From Chiloscyllium plagiosum (taxonomy: Eukaryota), in the NCBI RefSeq assembly GCF_004010195.1, contig NC_057720.1:29486125-29550124 (forward strand): a stretch of DNA of 64,000 nt, in the 5' to 3' direction. Each line of letters begins with the position of its first letter. Position 1 is the first letter of the stretch. Under the pieces are notes generated by a model. That model was given only the letters and a program-made list of their open reading frames with translations, ran no database searches and had not been told where the DNA came from. A program made the position numbers and the translations under genes. Of the stretch, positions 61,402 through 64,000 are shown piece by piece.

Positions 61402-61725
61402 ATCTTCTACCCTTGAGCCAGTTCTGTATCCAAATGGCTAGTTCTCCCTGTATTCCATGAGATCTAACCTTGCTAATCAGTCTCCCATGGGGAACCTTGT
61501 CAAATACCTTACTGAAGTCCATATCGATCACATTTACCGCTCTGCCCTCATCAATCTTCTTTGTTACTTCTTCAAAAAAACTCAATCAAGTTTGTGAGAC
61601 ATGATTTCCCATGCACAAAGCCATGTTGACTATCCCTAATCAGTCCTTGCATTTCCAGATACATGTACATCCTGTCCCTCAGGAGTCCCTCCAACAACGT
61701 GCCCACCACCATCATCAGGCTCACC

Positions 61726-62225
61726 NNNNNNNNNNNNNNNNNNNNNNNNNNNNNNNNNNNNNNNNNNNNNNNNNNNNNNNNNNNNNNNNNNNNNNNNNNN
61801 NNNNNNNNNNNNNNNNNNNNNNNNNNNNNNNNNNNNNNNNNNNNNNNNNNNNNNNNNNNNNNNNNNNNNNNNNNNNNNNNNNNNNNNNNNNNNNNNNNNN
61901 NNNNNNNNNNNNNNNNNNNNNNNNNNNNNNNNNNNNNNNNNNNNNNNNNNNNNNNNNNNNNNNNNNNNNNNNNNNNNNNNNNNNNNNNNNNNNNNNNNNN
62001 NNNNNNNNNNNNNNNNNNNNNNNNNNNNNNNNNNNNNNNNNNNNNNNNNNNNNNNNNNNNNNNNNNNNNNNNNNNNNNNNNNNNNNNNNNNNNNNNNNNN
62101 NNNNNNNNNNNNNNNNNNNNNNNNNNNNNNNNNNNNNNNNNNNNNNNNNNNNNNNNNNNNNNNNNNNNNNNNNNNNNNNNNNNNNNNNNNNNNNNNNNNN
62201 NNNNNNNNNNNNNNNNNNNNNNNNN
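61726..62225. other. Assembly gap
   Basis: Run of N. Confidence 1.
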
Positions 62226-64000
62226 TAAGCTGCTAGTCCTGCCCATCCCTGAGCCATGAAACCGTAATTGCTATGATATCCCAGTCCCATGTTCCTTACC
62301 ATGCCGAGTTCATCTGCCTTCCCTATTAAGCCCCTTGCATTGAAATAAATTCAGTTTAATGTATTAGTCCTACCTTGTCCCTGCCTGCCCTGACTGTTTG
62401 ACTTGCTTCTGTTCTCAACTGTACCCGTCTCAGATTGATCTCTTTCCTCACTATCTCCCTGGGTCTCAACTCCTACCTTACTAGTTTAAATTCTCCCGAG
62501 CAGATCTAGCAAATCTCCCTGAAAGTATATTAGTCCCCTTCCAATTTAGGTGCAAACCATCCTTCTACCCCAAAAGAAATTCCAATGATCCAAAAATGTG
62601 AAACCTTCTCCCATACACCAGCTCCTCAGCCATGTATTCATCTGTTCTATCCTCCTATTCCTGCCCTCACTAGCTCATAGTACCGGGAGTAATCCAGATA
62701 TTACTACTCTTGAGGACGTCCTTTTTAAATTCCTGCCTAACTCTCTGTAATCCCCCTTCATAAACTCAACTTTTTCCCTTCCTATGTCATTAGTTCCAAT
62801 GTGGACAATGACCTCTTGCTGGCCCCTCTCCCACTTGAGAACATTCTGCACCCTCTGAGACATCTTTGATCCTGGCACCAGGGAAGCAACACACTATTCT
62901 GATTTTTTCGCTGCTGGCCACAGAAATGTCTGTCTGTACCTTGGACTAGAGAGTCCCCTAACACAATTGATCTCTTGAAACCCGATGTACTCCTCATTGC
63001 ATTAGAGCCAGTCTCAATACCAGAAACCTGGCTGTTTGTGCTACATTCCCCTGAGAATCCATCACCCCTTACATTTTTCAAAACAGCATACCTGTTTGAA
63101 ATGGGTATATCCACAAAAGACTCCTGCACTAGTTGCCTACCTTTCTTACCCTTCCTGGAGTTAACCCATCTATGTAACTGTATCGGAGACTTTCCCCACT
63201 TCCTGTAACTGCCATCCATCACATACTGTTGCTGTTGCAAATTCCTCATTGCTTCAAACTGTCTCTCGAACCGATCCATTCGATCTGATAAGATTCGCAA
63301 CCAACAGCATTTATTGCAGATATAATCCACAATAACCCTCAAACTCTCTTTAAACTGACATCTGACAAGAAGCACATATCACTCTACTAAAGGCCATTTT
63401 TGCTGCTTCACAATCTACAGACCCAGAAAATAACACCATCTTATTCCTCTCCAAAACACTGCCCCAGGTTAAATTAGTAGCTATGGCTTATATTTTAAGT
63501 TTAATCATATCTCAAAAAACATATAATCAATAAAGAACTCACTCTACTCACTACTGCGGACTTTCTATTGGTGCACTTAAAAACAATTAACTTATCTGCT
63601 TCTGTGCTGTGAACTTCACCCAAACAGTTCCTCCAAGATCAGTTGTGAATTTCACTGTTTGTTAATTTTCTCAGAAGCACTCCAATGGCCAGCAATACAT
63701 AAATTCAAAAAGCAAAGGCAGTAACTGTGCAGGTTCACTGCCTTGTCAGTTTCTTTCTCTCTCTATCTCTCTTGCACTGACCTCACCATGTGCTTCCTTT
63801 GTCTGTTCTTCTCCCTAGCCCAACTCCACAGCACTTCAGACACTACGCTGTAGGGCTTGACCATTATCAAGGTGCAGAAGGAAAACTCACACCCTGCTTT
63901 AAAGATACGGAACCAGGAGATACTGGTGGATGGAGTGGTGGAGAGGAGGCCCATCCACTATGGTGCAGACTGGCAAAGCAGACCCAGCCAGCCTGCATCC

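Larger units (their letters stand above)
60578..63760 (-). mobile_element. CR1 (HER1-like) LINE with ORF1 and gapped ORF2
   Basis: ORF1 Cys-rich YICNKC, ISNRYAVL, SGNH esterase VLGDS / IVHIGTND; ORF2 start YFNARGL; RT SQHGF, DFSKVFDKV; tail at ~60580. Confidence 0.92.

Overview
Vertebrate genomic DNA, very probably a shark (elasmobranch): it carries HE1-type tRNA SINEs, HER1/CR1 LINEs and abundant Penelope elements. The only recognisable host gene is a single coding exon of TMEM275 (15684-16238, +). Nearly everything else is nested transposable elements: many CR1 LINEs, Penelope elements with hammerhead-ribozyme motifs, two decayed Gypsy LTR retrotransposons (- strand), Harbinger, Rex/Babar and RTE remnants, and a two-LTR class I endogenous retrovirus (39529-47970) with HERV-I-like gag/pol, a tRNA-Pro PBS and a long env remnant. 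The most unusual signal is that three Gypsy LTR copies from two families have each been hit repeatedly at one position, the TATA-box-like motif, by Tx1-type LINE 3' ends, and in one LTR also by short tRNA-SINEs. This builds head-to-tail arrays punctuated by 11-17 bp copies of the target, suggesting an LTR-promoter-targeting retrotransposon system. There are three assembly gaps. All family assignments come from motif recognition by eye; no database search was run.
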